DNA of 64,000 nt. Source: Octopus sinensis. Taxonomy: Eukaryota. The stretch is taken from the NCBI RefSeq assembly GCF_006345805.1, contig NC_042999.1:23250001-23314000 (forward strand). Direction: 5' to 3'. Shown one piece after another: positions 1-12,964 of the stretch (position 1 is its first letter; each line of letters opens with the position of its first letter). The notes beneath the pieces were generated by a model, which did not search any database, had not been told where the DNA came from, and worked only from the letters and a program-made list of their open reading frames with translations. The position numbers and the translations under genes were made by a program.

Positions 1-347
1 ACATGCTTCAGATACACTTGTTTATTCATACAAACGTAACTGAGATGAAATATGTCATAAATAACAGTGACAAACGAAATATACACCACCGGAAGTTGTT
101 GTTGACAAATAACAGCAGTAATTTTATTCAGCTGAATACATGTCATTGATTGGTTGAAATTACTGAAACACGACAACTTTAACAAGAAATAACTTTGAAA
201 ATACAAACTTTTCTCAACAACACTAAGAGTAAAAGATGTTTTATATGACACATTATACCAGTGTCTGAAGTTTGAAAGTGTTTAGTTACAAAAAATTAAT
301 TTCTCAATCTACTGTTCAAAGCTGGTCAGGCTTCTGTGCCTGTTTCT

Positions 348-482
348 CTATCTCTCCTCTGTGTTACAGATGGCGATGCCCAGACTTGTGACTGATGCAA
401 CAAGATTGAAGCAGGAGAATGTGTCACAGCACGTTGCATTCCAGACTAGGGATCTGCCTCCTTCACATGGGTACAGGGTTAT
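348..482 (-). mobile_element. CRE-like non-LTR retrotransposon RLE endonuclease remnant
   Basis: ITLYPCEGGRSLVWNATCCDTF.. matches the (RPDG)xTxxPW..G..L.WD.T..DT pattern. Confidence 0.65.
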
Positions 483-2522
483 TCTGCAAGTTTATTAATT
501 TCAAATTTTTATTTTCTTTTATTTTTTTCTTTGCTTATTGGACAATACAACCGAAACCTTATCACTGTTATGTGTAACCATAGTCAAGACATCTGATCTC
601 TCAGATGACCCAAATCCACCTCATATTAGTAGGTACATCAAGATCAGTATCATAGTGTGAGGTGTACTGGGAGTGCAGGCCACACAGGGCAGCCACAGGG
701 TGACCTGTTGTGCTTGAGGAGACCTATTGAGTCAAGTACATCAATATCAAAATAAATATCAAATGGAAATTGTAGTTACAATGCCTGTGCCGGTGGCACA
801 TAAAAAGCACCATCCGAATGTGGCCGATGCCAGCGCCGCCTTGACTGGCTTCTGTACCAGTGGCACGTAAAAAGCACCAACTGATCGTGGCCGTTGCCAG
901 CCTCTCCTGCCAGCACGTAAAAAGCACCCACTACACTCATGGAGTGGTTGGCGTTAGGAAGGGCATCCAGCTGTAGAAACACTGCCAGATCAGACTGGAG
1001 CCTGGTACAGCCCCCTGGCTTCCCAGACCCCAGTTGAACCGTCCAACCCATGCTAGCATGGAAAACGGACGTTAAACAATGATGATGATGATGATCTTTG
1101 TTGTAGTTGAAGGTTTATAACATTTAAGGAAGGGGACAGCAGTTTTGGCTCTGGCACAGGGTGGTTGAAACTCACGCTACACCACTGATCAAGATAGGAA
1201 TAATTTATCAATGTCAGCAATAATGAGTGCTCCAACTAGCTTTCTGAACTGAGCCCCTGAGAGTAAATCTATAGATACAGCAGGACTCATTTTAGATTTC
1301 ATATATTCTTTTACTTTTACTTGTTTCAGTCATTTGACTGTGGCCATGCAGGAGCACCGCCTTTAGTTGAGCAAATCGACTCCAGGACTTATTCTTTGTA
1401 AGCCTAGTACTTATTCTATTGGTCTCTTTTGCTGAACTGCTAAGTTACGGGGACGTAAACACACCAGCATCGGTTGTCAAGCGATGTTGGGGGGACAAAC
1501 ACAGACACACAAACATATATATATATATCACTTGACAACTAATGCTGGTGTGCTTACATCCCTGTAACTTAGCGGTTCAGCAAAAGAGACCAATAGAATA
1601 AGTTCTAGGCTTACAAAGAATAAGTCCTTAGGTCGATTTGCTCAACTAAAGGTAGTGCTCTAGCATGGCCACAGTCTAATGACTGAAACAATTAAAAGAA
1701 TAAAAGAATTAAAAGAATATATATATATATATATGATGGGTTTCTTTCAGTTTCTGTCTTCTAAATCCACTTGCAAAACTTTGGTCAGGTCAGGGTTGCA
1801 GTAGGAAACACTTGTCCAGGGTTCCATGCAATGGGAGTGAAACCATATGGCCAGGCAGCCCCTACATCTGTAGAAAAAAAAATTGCCTTTTGTTTGATTT
1901 CTTTAATATTTTGATTATTACTGGACCAAAATTGTCTTCCATTTATGGAATGGAATGAGGAAATTCACATCAAACAGAGGACTAATTATATGCTTTTCCA
2001 TTTGCTTCTTTTATCCAAGAACAAAGCTGTGAATTTTTAGGAGAAACAAATTAAAGCTACCTCAAACAGTCATGCTTTTTGAAAGGATACAAACAGTTAA
2101 ATCCATTTAGTCTTTGATACAAAACCCATTTAGTCCTTTGATACAAAACTGCTTCTTTAGAATAAACATTTTAAAACTGAAACCACACATTATAATTCTG
2201 TGAAAGAATCCTTTATTAATTTATGTTACAAACACCAATTTACTGTACAAATGTGTGAAAAAATTAGTTTTTTTTTTTTACAAAATCACTTAAATTTATT
2301 GATTACTCTCTTTTTACTCTTTTACTTGTTTCAGTCAATTGACTGCAGCCATGCTGGAGCACCGCCTTTTTTAGTTGACCCCAGGACTTATTCCTTGGAA
2401 TCCTAGAACTTATTCTATTGGTCTCTTTTGCCGAACGGCTAAGTTATGGGGATGTAAACACACCACCATCAGTTGTCAAGCGATGTTGGGGGACAAACAA
2501 AGACATACCAACATATGCACAC

Positions 2523-2569
<47 letters not shown>

Positions 2570-2789
2570 TACGACAGGCTTCTTTCAGTTTCCGTCTACC
2601 AAATCCACTCACAAGGCTTTGGTCAGCCCAAGGCTATAGTAGAAGACACTTGCCCAGGGTGCCACGTAGTGGGACTGAACCTGGAACCAAGTGGTTGGTA
2701 AGCAAGCTACTTACCACACAGCCACTCCTGCACCTATTATTATTATTTTTTATTTTTTTGGCAAAACTAACTGAAACAAAAGGAAAGTG

Positions 2790-3230
2790 TTTCATTAGAA
2801 CGTCTGGCAGCTGACTTGGCAGACACCCATAAAATTATTAACCATCTTACAAACAATAACTCTGAGCACCTTTTCAAACTCCACCTGTCTAGCACCCGTG
2901 GACATGTTTACAAAGTAAGAAAACAGCACAGCTCCCATGACTTTCGGAAACACTTTTTCACGCTAAGAGTTGCTGAAGTATGGAACAAACTGCCGGCATC
3001 AGTTGTTAGTTGTCAGAGCACTGCATCATTCAAAACGTCCATGCTTCCTGAGATTCGCCAACACTACACCTGATTTTCTCCTCTCCATACACACGCAAGC
3101 ATGTATCTGACTCATACACTGTTCACTTCTCAGACATTTGTACATTACTGCATATGCTATATACGCACTTTTGACAAGTTGTGGTGCACCTGAGCACTGT
3201 ATACAATAATTCCGTTATTATTATTATAGA
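2790..3230 (+). mobile_element. CR1-type LINE 3' end
   Basis: TRGH..K.RKQ....FRKHFFTLRVAEVWNKLP followed by 3' UTR and (ATT)n. Confidence 0.88.
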
Positions 3231-3704
3231 ATTGATGATTGATGATGATGATGATGATGTTGGTATTTGGCTGAAGAGGTAATACAGTGTTGGGCTATAC
3301 AACAACATCATCAACATTTACAAGCTTTTGGTCATTGCCAGTGCCACCTGACTGGCCCTCGTGCCGGTGGCTCGTAAAAGCACCCACTACACTCTCAGAG
3401 TGGTTGGCGTTAGGAAGGGCATCCAGGTGTAGAAACTTTGCCAGATCAGAATTGGAGCCTGGTGCAGCCTTCTGGCTCACCAGTCCTCAGTCAAACCGTC
3501 CAACCCATGCCAGCATGGAAAGCGGATGTTAAACGACGACAACAATTATGATCACAAAAATGTTAAATGATGTGAAATTAGCTCAACAGAGGATTGAAAC
3601 CAGCTTGTAAACTTTGTCCCCCCCTTTTAGTTTACCCGTTACACTTTAGTAGTCATTAGAGTAAATGAAGAAAAAAAATAACGAAATAATTAAATTGTAC
3701 TAAC

Positions 3705-3749
3705 CTGTTCTCGGGTTTCAAGTTTTCTAATGAAAAATTCTTCCAATTC
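3705..3749 (-). CDS. TEP1: TEP1 micro-exon 16 (ELEEFFIRKLETREQ); gene continues beyond window start
   Basis: atttcag| and CAG|gttagt. 45 nt, phase 0-0. Confidence 0.78.
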
Positions 3750-3943
3750 CTGAAATGAAATCCACAATTCAAAGAGTTTTTAATATCATTTTTAAAATGG
3801 AAATACTTTGAGTTGCTGGTGTTACGTGTACCTAACTCATTTCAAATTACATATGTGTAGGAAGAAGTCGCCAAACAGATTTCTTTTCTTAAAGCAAGCA
3901 TTTAGTAACAGTTACTAATTTCATATAGCTAACATGTTTTTAT

Positions 3944-4250
3944 GTGGAGGCATATGGCCTAGTTGCTAGAGTAGCAGACTTGCGGTCGAGGGATCACGGG
4001 TTCGAATCTCAGACCAGGTGATGTGTGTGTTTATGAGTGAAACACCTAAGCTCCACATGGCTTTGGCAGAAGCTTAATGGTGAACTTCTGCTGACTCTTT
4101 CGCCACAACTTCCTCTCACTCTTTCCTCCTGCATCTTGCAGCTCACCTGCGACGGACTGGCATCCCATCCAGGTAGGGAAACCTATACGCCAATGAAACC
4201 AGAAAACTGGTCCTTATGAGCCAGGCATGGCTAGAGAAGAAAACAACAAC
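3944..4250 (+). mobile_element. tRNA(Arg)-like SINE family E (probably OR-type)
   Basis: Head GGGCATATGGCCTAGT..GGTTCGAATC. Copies at 23640-23925 (-), 27763-28010 and 39605-39910. Confidence 0.78.
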
Positions 4251-4349
4251 AACGGAGAATACAGTTCTATATTTAAGAGATGAGGAATTATGTACATTAT
4301 TTAGATTATTTAGATTTGATGGATATTTGTCCTCATCTTTGTTGTTGTT

Positions 4350-4395
4350 AACACAACGTTTCGGCTGATATACCCTCCAGCCTTCATCAGGTGTC
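4350..4395 (-). ncRNA. Minimal type I hammerhead ribozyme, family H1 (intact core)
   Basis: GACAC-CUGAUGA-A-GGCUG(GAGGGUAUAU)CAGCC-GAAACGU-U-GUGUU. Stem III is the palindrome ACGU. Confidence 0.85.
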
Positions 4396-4476
4396 TTGGG
4401 GAGATTTCAAACCTGGGTTCTCGTTCCTAAGGTATTTTTTGAAAGTTATTATTATTATTACTATTATTATTATTAT

Positions 4477-4552
4477 TCAGGTCACTGACTGGAATCAAAC
4501 TCGGAATCTTGGGGCTAGTAGCCCGCGCTCTTAACCACTATGCCATATGCCC
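4477..4552 (-). other. tRNA-like Pol III module within the Penelope pLTR (not a tRNA gene)
   Basis: A box TGGCATAGTGG and B-box-like GAGTTTGATTCC. Same module at 21315-21390 (+) and 21429-21504 (-). Confidence 0.7.
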
Positions 4553-5062
4553 ATGGACCATTATGAAGTGACTTTTAGGGTTTATAAATCTAATATTTTC
4601 CTCTCCTTCCTTAATACCGTTTCCCATATGCTGCTCATATCTGCACTCGGTCTGCTTAGGAGGTTGTTGTGTCCTAGCATATGTGCTGCTTCTTTTAGTT
4701 TTCATATTTTCCAGTAGTGTTCTCTGTCTATTGTTTTAACTTCATCCCCCAGGGGGAGGTGGTCTCCATTTTTCCATACATGATCAGCTATACCCGATTT
4801 ATCAATATCTCCTCTTGTCACAGCTTTGCAATGTTCGTCTACCCTTATTTTGAGGGGCAGCATGTTTCGCCATTGTATAACCTACCACAGCTGCATGGGA
4901 TGGAGTAGACGCAGTTTTGGGTCATATTGGTGGTTTTACTCGAAGGAGATATTTTCAAAGTGTTGTATTACTTTTGAATACTGTCCTGATGTTGTCAACA
5001 ACAACAACAACAACAACGAAAAATACCTTAGGAATGAGAACCCAGGTTCGAAATTTCCCCAA

Positions 5063-5108
5063 GACACCTGATGAAGGCTGGAGGGTATATCAGCTGAAAC
5101 GTTGTGTT
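5063..5108 (+). ncRNA. Hammerhead H1 copy (G-U at base of stem II)
   Basis: gacacCTGATGAaggctggagggtatatcagctGAAACGTtgtgtt. Confidence 0.8.
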
Positions 5109-6090
5109 AACAATAAACAAGATGAGGACAAATATCTGTCAAATGTAAATAATGTAAATAATGTAAAAAATGGAGAAGTATGGAAAGAAACATTGCTAAT
5201 ATGAAAAGAATAATGTTACAAGCTGTATGATAGAAGGCTGCTGATTTTCAAAGTTAGAGATGCTGGAAGAGGAAATGGAGGAGGAGGACGAAAAGGAGGA
5301 AGTGGCAGGGAAGCAGGGAGGTGGAGGAGGAAGAGAAGAGGAAGCAGAAATGGAGGAGGCAGAAGTGGAGAAGGAGGCAGAAGTGAAGGAGGAGGCAGAA
5401 GTAGAGGAGGAGGCAGGAGTGGAGGAGGAGGCAGGAGTGGAGGAGGAGGCAGGAGTGGAGGAGGAGGCAGAAGTGAAGGAGGAAGAAGAGTTTATCTTCT
5501 TACTGGTGCTCAGCTTACCGAAGACAAGGGTTCTATTTGACCTGATCAAAGGAATGGCCAGCTCATGAAATTAACATACAAGGGGCTAAGCACTCCACAA
5601 ACACGTGCACCCTTAACATAGTTCCCAAGGAGATTCAGCATGACACAGAGTCTGACAAGGCTGGCCCTTTGAAATACAGGTACAACTCATTTTTGCCAGC
5701 TGAGAGGACTGGAGCAATGCAAAATAAAGAGTCTTGCTCAAGGACACAACCCACCACTTAATACCAAACTCATGACCTTACAACTAAGCCACACACCTTC
5801 AGATTATCTTAAAATGACCAAAGTCTCCATACAAAATAATAAGATATTCTAAAATATTCGAAAGACATCTGCATGAGACATTTGTGAATATCTTAGTGAA
5901 AATGTTGATTATCAAATGATACCAATACTGTTTTTCCAATTTAAAAAATATTCAAATATTTGCTAATATCCAGATGAGATATCAAATGATATTGTAATTA
6001 AATTGCTGATATGAAGTGATATCAATATCACTACTTCAATATACAAGCTATTCTCAAATAGTCACAAAATTTTCTAATAACAACAACAAC

Positions 6091-6141
<51 letters not shown>

Positions 6142-6394
6142 TCTTTCTACTGGAAACACAAGGCTTCAAATTTGGGGGAAGGTATTAAGTCAATTACATT
6201 GACCAAGTGTGTAACTAGTACTTGTTTAATTGACCCTGAAAGGATGAAAGGCAAAGTCGACCTCGGCGGAATTTGAACTCAGAATGTAAAGACAGATGAA
6301 ATACCACTAAGCTTTTCGCCCAGCGTGCTAATGTTTCAACCAACTCGCCGCCTTAATAATAATAATAATAAATAAAATCAAAACTGCTGACAAA

Positions 6395-6804
6395 TGGTAT
6401 AAACACCATCCTGAAGTTGTGACTGATGGAGAAAATGTGTCGATTCTCTGGGACTTCCCGCACATATCGACAAAACTATAAAAGCTAATAAACCGAACAT
6501 TATTATAAAAGATCAGACAAAGATGGTGTGTTTATTAATTGACATGAATATTCTTTGCAATCACAATATAGCAGCGAAAGAATTTGACAAGATCAGTAAA
6601 TATAAAGACTTGCTAATAGAAATTGAAAAAATGTGGCATCTCAAGGTGACTACAATACCAGTGATTGCAGGATCTCTAGGAATGATAAAAAAGGGTACTG
6701 AAACCTATTTGAAAATGATACCAGGCCTACTATCCTTACAGGAAGTGCAAAAAATCGTATTAACTGGAATGGCTCATGTACTGAGAAGAGCAATATCGCT
6801 GTGA
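6395..6804 (+). mobile_element. RLE-type (R2/R4/HERO-like) non-LTR retrotransposon 3' ORF fragment
   Basis: ILWDF..DK.IKANKP.I...IDM....N...KE..K..KY.DL.IEI.KMW......IPVI.GSLG. Confidence 0.85.
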
Positions 6805-8866
6805 AAACAACATTCATTTATGAATTTATTTATCTATTAATTTTTTTAAATACATATTTTACCTGTGAATTTGCATGTGTAATCTGGGAATGCATACAAT
6901 GAGCTTCTCTGCCCTAGGTGTACAGAAAACACTTGGCAAGAAACGGAAGAAAATTTGAAGAAAAAAGGAAAAAAAAAAAATAATAATGATAGTTTCTTTA
7001 TTGGCCACATGGGGTGCAATACCATTTCGGACAATGCAAAAACAAAAGACAGTGAGGGTTTACATAAATGTGTAAACAAGGAAAAATAATAACAATTAAC
7101 AAGAAAATTCAAACAACAAAATTCCTCAATAGGGACAATGCCACCAAGGGACAACCATGGAACTCAGTAGTGATAATAATAATCCTTTCTACTAAAGGCA
7201 CAAGGCCTGAAATTTTGGGAACATGGGCAAGACGATTACATCAATCCCAGTAATGAACTGGTACTTATTTTACCAATCCCCACCGTAAAGACGAAAGGTA
7301 AAGGTGACCTCGGTGGAATTTGAACTCAGAATGAAAAGGGTGGATGATGATAATTTATCAACTCGAATAATGATAATATTGTTAGCATAGTAATAGGACA
7401 GGAGGAGGGGGAAGAAATGGGAGGGGGCATAGGAAGAGGAGGAGGGGAAGCAGAAGTGGATGAGGAAGAGAGAGGAGGGATAGGGAGGGTGAAGAGGGCA
7501 AGGAGGAAGAGGAAGATGAGGAGGAAGAGGAAAAGGAAGACGAGGAAGTGGGAGAGGAGGCAGGGGTGGAAGAGGAGGTGGGGAAGTGGAGGAGGAAGAG
7601 GAGGAGGCAGAAGTGGAGGAGGAGGAGGAGGAGGTGGATGAGGAAGAGGAGACGTAGGAAGAGAAGGAAGTGCAGCAGCAGCGGCCAGGCTAACCTCAGG
7701 CAATGCTGAGTGGTTAGAAAGTCGCTTCCCAACCACATGGTTTTGGGTTCAGTCTCACTGCATGGCACCTTAAACAAGTGTCCTCAACTATAGCCCTGGG
7801 TCAACCAAGTCTTCTTAGTGGATTTGGAAAATAGAAACTGATAGAATCTTTAGCATGCCAGGCGAAATGCTTAGCAGTATTTCTGAGTTCAAATTCCACC
7901 GACAAGGACAGACAAACAGATTAAGTCGATTATATCAACCCCAGTGCATAACTGGTACTTATTTAATCAACCCTGAAAGGATGAAAGGCAAAGTCGACCT
8001 CGGTGGAATTTGAACTCAGAATGTAGCGGCAGATGAAATACCGCTACGCATTTCACCCGGCGTGCTAACGTTTCTGCCAGCTCGCCGCCTTATTTGTCAT
8101 GATTTCTACAGCTGGATGCCCTTCCTAATGCCAACCACTCTAAGAGTGTAATGGGTTCCTTTTATGCGCCACTGACACAGGTGCCAGTTATATGACATCA
8201 GCATCAGCCACAACTACAATTTCACTTGGCTTGATGAATCTTCTCAAGCATGGCATATCACCAAAGGTCTCAGTCATTTGTCATTGCCTCTGTGAAGCCC
8301 AACATTTCAACCTGGAAAAGTGGAGATGATGATGATGATGGTGATGATCACACACACACACGACAGACTTCCACACCAGTTTCTGTCCACCAGATTTCAC
8401 TCAGAAGGCATCGGTCCATTCAAGGTTGCCCAAGGTGTCACACAAAGGTACAGAATTTGATGCCATGCAGTTGTGGAGTGGACGACACAACCATAAAGCC
8501 TCTGGTATCTCAACAAAAACTGACAATATCAAGTGATATCAAGAACACCATTCCAATTTACAAAATGCCAAGATATTCTCAAATATCCACAAAAACATCT
8601 TAATGAAATATTTAATGATGTTTTAATTAAATTGTTGAAATCAAAGAATGTCAACACTGCTGGTTTAATTTTCATAATATTCAAATATTCTGAAAGATCC
8701 AGGAATATATTAATGCTATATTTGAGAAAAACCTTCATGCCTGTATACGATGGCTGTAGAGAGACTCTCACAACATCTCCCTCTATCTAAAGGACAGGAG
8801 TTGTATAACAGGCTTGGTTAGACTGGATAACTCCGTAAGGAGCACAGGGACAGTTTTTCTGGTGTA

Positions 8867-8899
<33 letters not shown>

Positions 8900-9823
8900 T
8901 CTTTTACTTGGTTGTCATTTGATTGCAGCCATGCTGGAGCACCACCTTTAGTTGAGCAAATCGCCCCCAGGACTTATTCTCTGTAAGCCTAGTACTTATT
9001 CTATTGGTCTCTTTTGCCGAACTGCTAATGTTATGGGGACGTAAACACACCAGTATCGGTTGCCAAGCGATGTTGGGGAGACAAACACAAACACACAAAC
9101 AAACACACACACACATATATATATATGTACATATATATGACGGGCTTCTTTCAGTTTCCGTCTACCAAATCCACTCACAAGGCTTTGGTCAGCCCGAGGC
9201 TATAGTAGAAGACACCTGCCCAAGATGCCACGTAGTGGGACTGAACCTGGAACCATGTGGTTTGTAAGCAAGCTACTTACCACACAGCCACTCCTGCACC
9301 GATACACACACATATATGTATTCCTTCCTGGATGGAATGCTGGTCCATTGTAGAATTACTCATACCAACTGAGTGGACAGAAATGACATGAAATGAAGAA
9401 CACAACACACTGCCCAGTCCAGGAATCGAAACTACAGTCTTATGATCATGAGTCTAACACTCTAACCACCAAGCCACGTAGCATCTCTTGTACAATAAAA
9501 GATACTATTAATTATGAAACTATGTACTAACCAACATTACACTTAATAGACACTTCAAAGCACTGAGTTGGTATTTTACAGAAAATAGAGGAAGTCTCAA
9601 ACATAGAATACATGCAGAATTTGAGAGGCACAGGGTTCAATTCTCTGTAACAGCTTGCTGATCGCTTTTTTTTTTCCAACTCAAACTATCTGATGTGGCA
9701 TACCAGCAGTTTTTTTTTTTTCCCTCCCAATGTGCCAAGGACCGGTAACATTTCTTAGTAATATTAATTTATACCGGAAATAATATATATAATGACTATA
9801 ATAAAAGTTGATAATTTTTTATT

Positions 9824-10241
9824 GGATCTTTTCGGTTTGACCGGCAGTTTTTTAAATAATTTCCACATAACTAAACACTTTTAAACTTCGTATACTGGTA
9901 GAATGTGTTTATAAAACATCTTTTTCTCTTGGCTTTATTGAGAAAATTCTATAATTTGTAAGATATTTGTTGTTTTTTACTTCAGTTTCTGCAATTTCAA
10001 CCAATCAATGATGTCTATTGAGGTGAAAACATTTTGTGCCTTATGAATATGTCCCTCGTTTAAGAAACAGATTGGGTTTATTTACATTTGTGAAGAAAAA
10101 AAATACCCTTCCCCCCACCCCTAACTAACCCTAACCCTAAAACAGATTGAAATGCAATAGATCGATACTAGGGTCATAATTATGGGTGACAAGTTTATAT
10201 GACACCGCTAGAAAAAACTGCCGATCAAACCGAAAAGATTC
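9824..10241. mobile_element. GGATC-TIR MITE with perfect 8-bp TSD TTTTTATT
   Basis: TIR GGATCTTTTCGGTTTGA.CGGCAGTTTTT. Contains CCCTAA repeats. Confidence 0.88.
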
Positions 10242-10844
10242 TTTTTATTTTACTTTATATTTATTTTTTAAACACATAATATAATATTACATAAGCATTT
10301 TATAATGTTTTGTTTCTTTTCTGGAAACTCGCTGCATACCGGCAGCTGACGGCTTGCGAACCGGCACCGGTCCGCGGCCACCACTTTGAGTAGCACTGTT
10401 CTAAGCTGTTTTCACAGCCATTTTGCGTTCGAGACGGCCTTTACTTGCAGAATATAGCTCAAGGGAGATAACTCACGAAGATAAGTGAACCATTTAACTA
10501 AGGTGTGAAAAATTGGTCTTGTTTATTTGTTACAGTATCATCATCATTCAACGTCCTCGTTGCCATAAAGTTAGATGGAATCTTTTAAGGCATATTTTAT
10601 ACAATTGGATGCCCTTCCTGTCGCCAACCCTCACATGTTTACATGTAAGTTAATATTTCCCCCATAGCCTGATATACTTTTCACAGAAGACTGGAAACAA
10701 ACAGTCTCACTTACATGAAAAATAAAATTTTATTTTATGGTTTGTTATTGTTTATATTTTGAATTGCATAATCTGTTATGGGGGCACCAAAATCAAGTGC
10801 TTAGGGCCTTGATAGGTCTTAATCCGGCTCCGCCTACCACTCTA

Positions 10845-11645
10845 ATAATTCTTTCTACTCTAGGCACAAAGCCAGAAATTTTGGGAGAGGAGCTAGTTAA
10901 TTACATCGACCCCAGTACTTGACTGGTACTCGATTTATTGACTCTGAAAGGATAGAAGGCAAAGTGGACCCCAGCAGAATTTGAAGTCGGAACATAGCAA
11001 CAGGCGAAATACTGCTAAGCATCTTGTTCAGCATGCTAACAATTCTGCCAGCTTGCCGCCTTTTTCCTTTACTACTCACAAGGGGCTAAACACAGAGAGG
11101 ACAAACAAGGACAGACAAACGGATTAAGTTGATAATATCGACTCCAGTGCATAACTGGTACTTATTTAATTGACCCCGAAAGGATGAAAGGCAAAGTCGA
11201 CCTCGGCAGAATTTGAACTCAGAACGTAAAGACACGAAATACCTATTTCTATTTCTTTACTACCCACAAGGGGCTACACACAGAGAGGACAAACAAGGAC
11301 AGACAAACGGATTAAGTCGATTATATCGGGCCCCAGTGCATAACTGGTACTTATTTAATCGACCCCAAAAGGATGAAAGGCAAAGTCGACCTTGGCGGAA
11401 TTTGAACTCAGAACGTAGCAGCAGACAAAATACCTATTTCTTTACTACCCACAAGGGGCTAAACACAGAGAGGACAAACAAGGACAGACAAACGGATTAA
11501 GTCAATTACATCGACCCTAGTGCATAACTGGTACTTATTTAATTGACCCCTAAAGGATGAAAGGCAAAGTCCACCTTGGTAGAATTTGAACTCAGAACGT
11601 AGTGGCAGACAAAATACCGCTAAGCATTTCACCTGCCAGCTCGCC
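10845..11645 (-). mobile_element. Tandem array of SINE family B (GGCGGCGAGCTGGCAG..., probably octopus OK-type)
   Basis: 4-5 head-to-tail units. Other copies approx.: 6200-6355, 7880-8090, 26310-26530, 30085-30250, 38770-39150, 46735-47145, 47605-47810, 47925-48140, 59725-59960, 60670-61120. Confidence 0.85.
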
Positions 11646-11764
11646 ACCTTACTACCACTCTAATAATAATAAAAAAAAATTTTTTTTAAATAATGTTTAC
11701 AATAATAATGGTTCAGAAAGCAATATGGTAAAAGACTGGAGAATTATGACAAATTCTTACTAAC

Positions 11765-11800
11765 CTCTTCAAAGCTGGAATCTGCTGGTGGAAATGATTC
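11765..11800 (-). CDS. TEP1: TEP1 micro-exon 15 (ESFPPADSSFEE)
   Basis: atttcag| and GAG|gttagt. 36 nt, phase 0-0. Confidence 0.75.
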
Positions 11801-12575
11801 CTGAAATGCAAAGAAAAAGAAATAAATGTAAACAGCAATAGAAATAGGGAATAATGTACAATAGCAAAAAGAAAGAGAAAAAAAATGTATGATGATCATC
11901 ATCATCGTTTAACGTCCGCTTTCCGTGCTAGCATGGGTTGAACGATTTGACTGAGGGCTGGCGAACCAGATGGCCACACCAGGCTCGTTTAACGTCCGCT
12001 TCCCATGCAAGCATGGGTTGGACGATTTGACTGAAGGCTGGCAAACCAGATGGCTGCACCAGGCTCCAGTCTTGATCTGGTAGAGTTTCTACAGTTGGAT
12101 GCCCTTCCTAACGCCAACCAAAAGAAAGAGAAAAATGAACACCATCAATCATTGCCAACATTTAATGACCATTTTTCATGATGGCATGGGTTGGACGACA
12201 GCTTGACAAGAACTGACAAGGCCAGGGACCATACCAGGTTCCACAGTCTGTTTTGGCCTTGTTTCTATGGCTGGGATGCCCTTCCAATCACCAACCACTT
12301 TACAGAGTGTACTAGGTGCTTTTCACATGCCACCATCATGCTTTAAGTGGTACTTTCCGGACAACTCAATAAAATGCTCCCTCATAGTCTTGCCATGTGT
12401 GTGTGTGTGTGTGTGTACAAATGTCTAATAAACTCCAAGAAAAAGTGCTAATTGCTGTACTAATTGCATTGGCTGTTCAATGAGGCAGCATCTTTCGATC
12501 TTTTCAGAGTGGAAATCTGCATCAATTATTTGCAGACAAATTTGAAAAGTAGCCTCCCTTGCCTTCGCCATCAAA

Positions 12576-12964
12576 TCTCTATATATAAAGCTGAAGTTGT
12601 CTGTGTGCGGCAGGTTTGGTAGCCTTCAACTAACACTATCTCCTTCGAGACTCTGCGGCGCAAGTTGACCAAAATTGAGAGTATGATAGAAGAAGGCTTG
12701 CTCTTCCTTTCATAGAAGAAAAATTTCAAGTCGGACCATGTTAAGATCAAAAATTATTTACATCAAAAAGGTGCTTTTTTTCTATGAAAATCCCTATTTT
12801 TTACGATTTTTTGACTGCTGTGTCGCCATTTTTCGGTGTATTTCAACTGGAAAAATGTTCACTTAAAGAGAATAACAAGCTACATAATGCAAAACTTTTA
12901 TTTTCAAAAATTCCAATTCTAAAGGGTCGAAACAAACCCGAGTAACGCTGGGCGATACTGCTAG
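12576..12964 (+). mobile_element. Non-autonomous Helitron
   Basis: A|TC 5' end, subterminal CCCG..CGCTGGG hairpin, CTAG|T 3' end, no TSD. Confidence 0.8.

Larger units (their letters stand above)
4257..5170 (-). mobile_element. Penelope-like element 3' end with inverted 5' pLTR piece
   Basis: Minus-strand remnant 4999-4582 reads IRTVFKSNTTL..NCVYSIPCSCGRLYNGET..RVDEH..S.IADH..KEAAH (GIY-YIG, disrupted). It is followed by a tRNA-like module and a hammerhead. An inverted copy of the hammerhead tail lies at about 5010-5170. Confidence 0.9.

Noticed and set aside
1176-1235. Next TEP1 exon before a GTGAGT donor
   Set aside because: Weak acceptor and no TEP1-like peptide in the required phase.
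2375-2814. Recurring ORFs such as [10 protein letters not shown].. and FLQLDALPNANHS.. across the window
   Set aside because: Chance frames in SINE A and RTE-tail repeats; many copies with scattered stops.
5196-5568. Glu-rich and Ser/Pro-rich ORFs (also 7326-7777, 17362-17793, 20136-20579, 40250-40505)
   Set aside because: Translations of homopurine microsatellites; open on both strands and no splice context.
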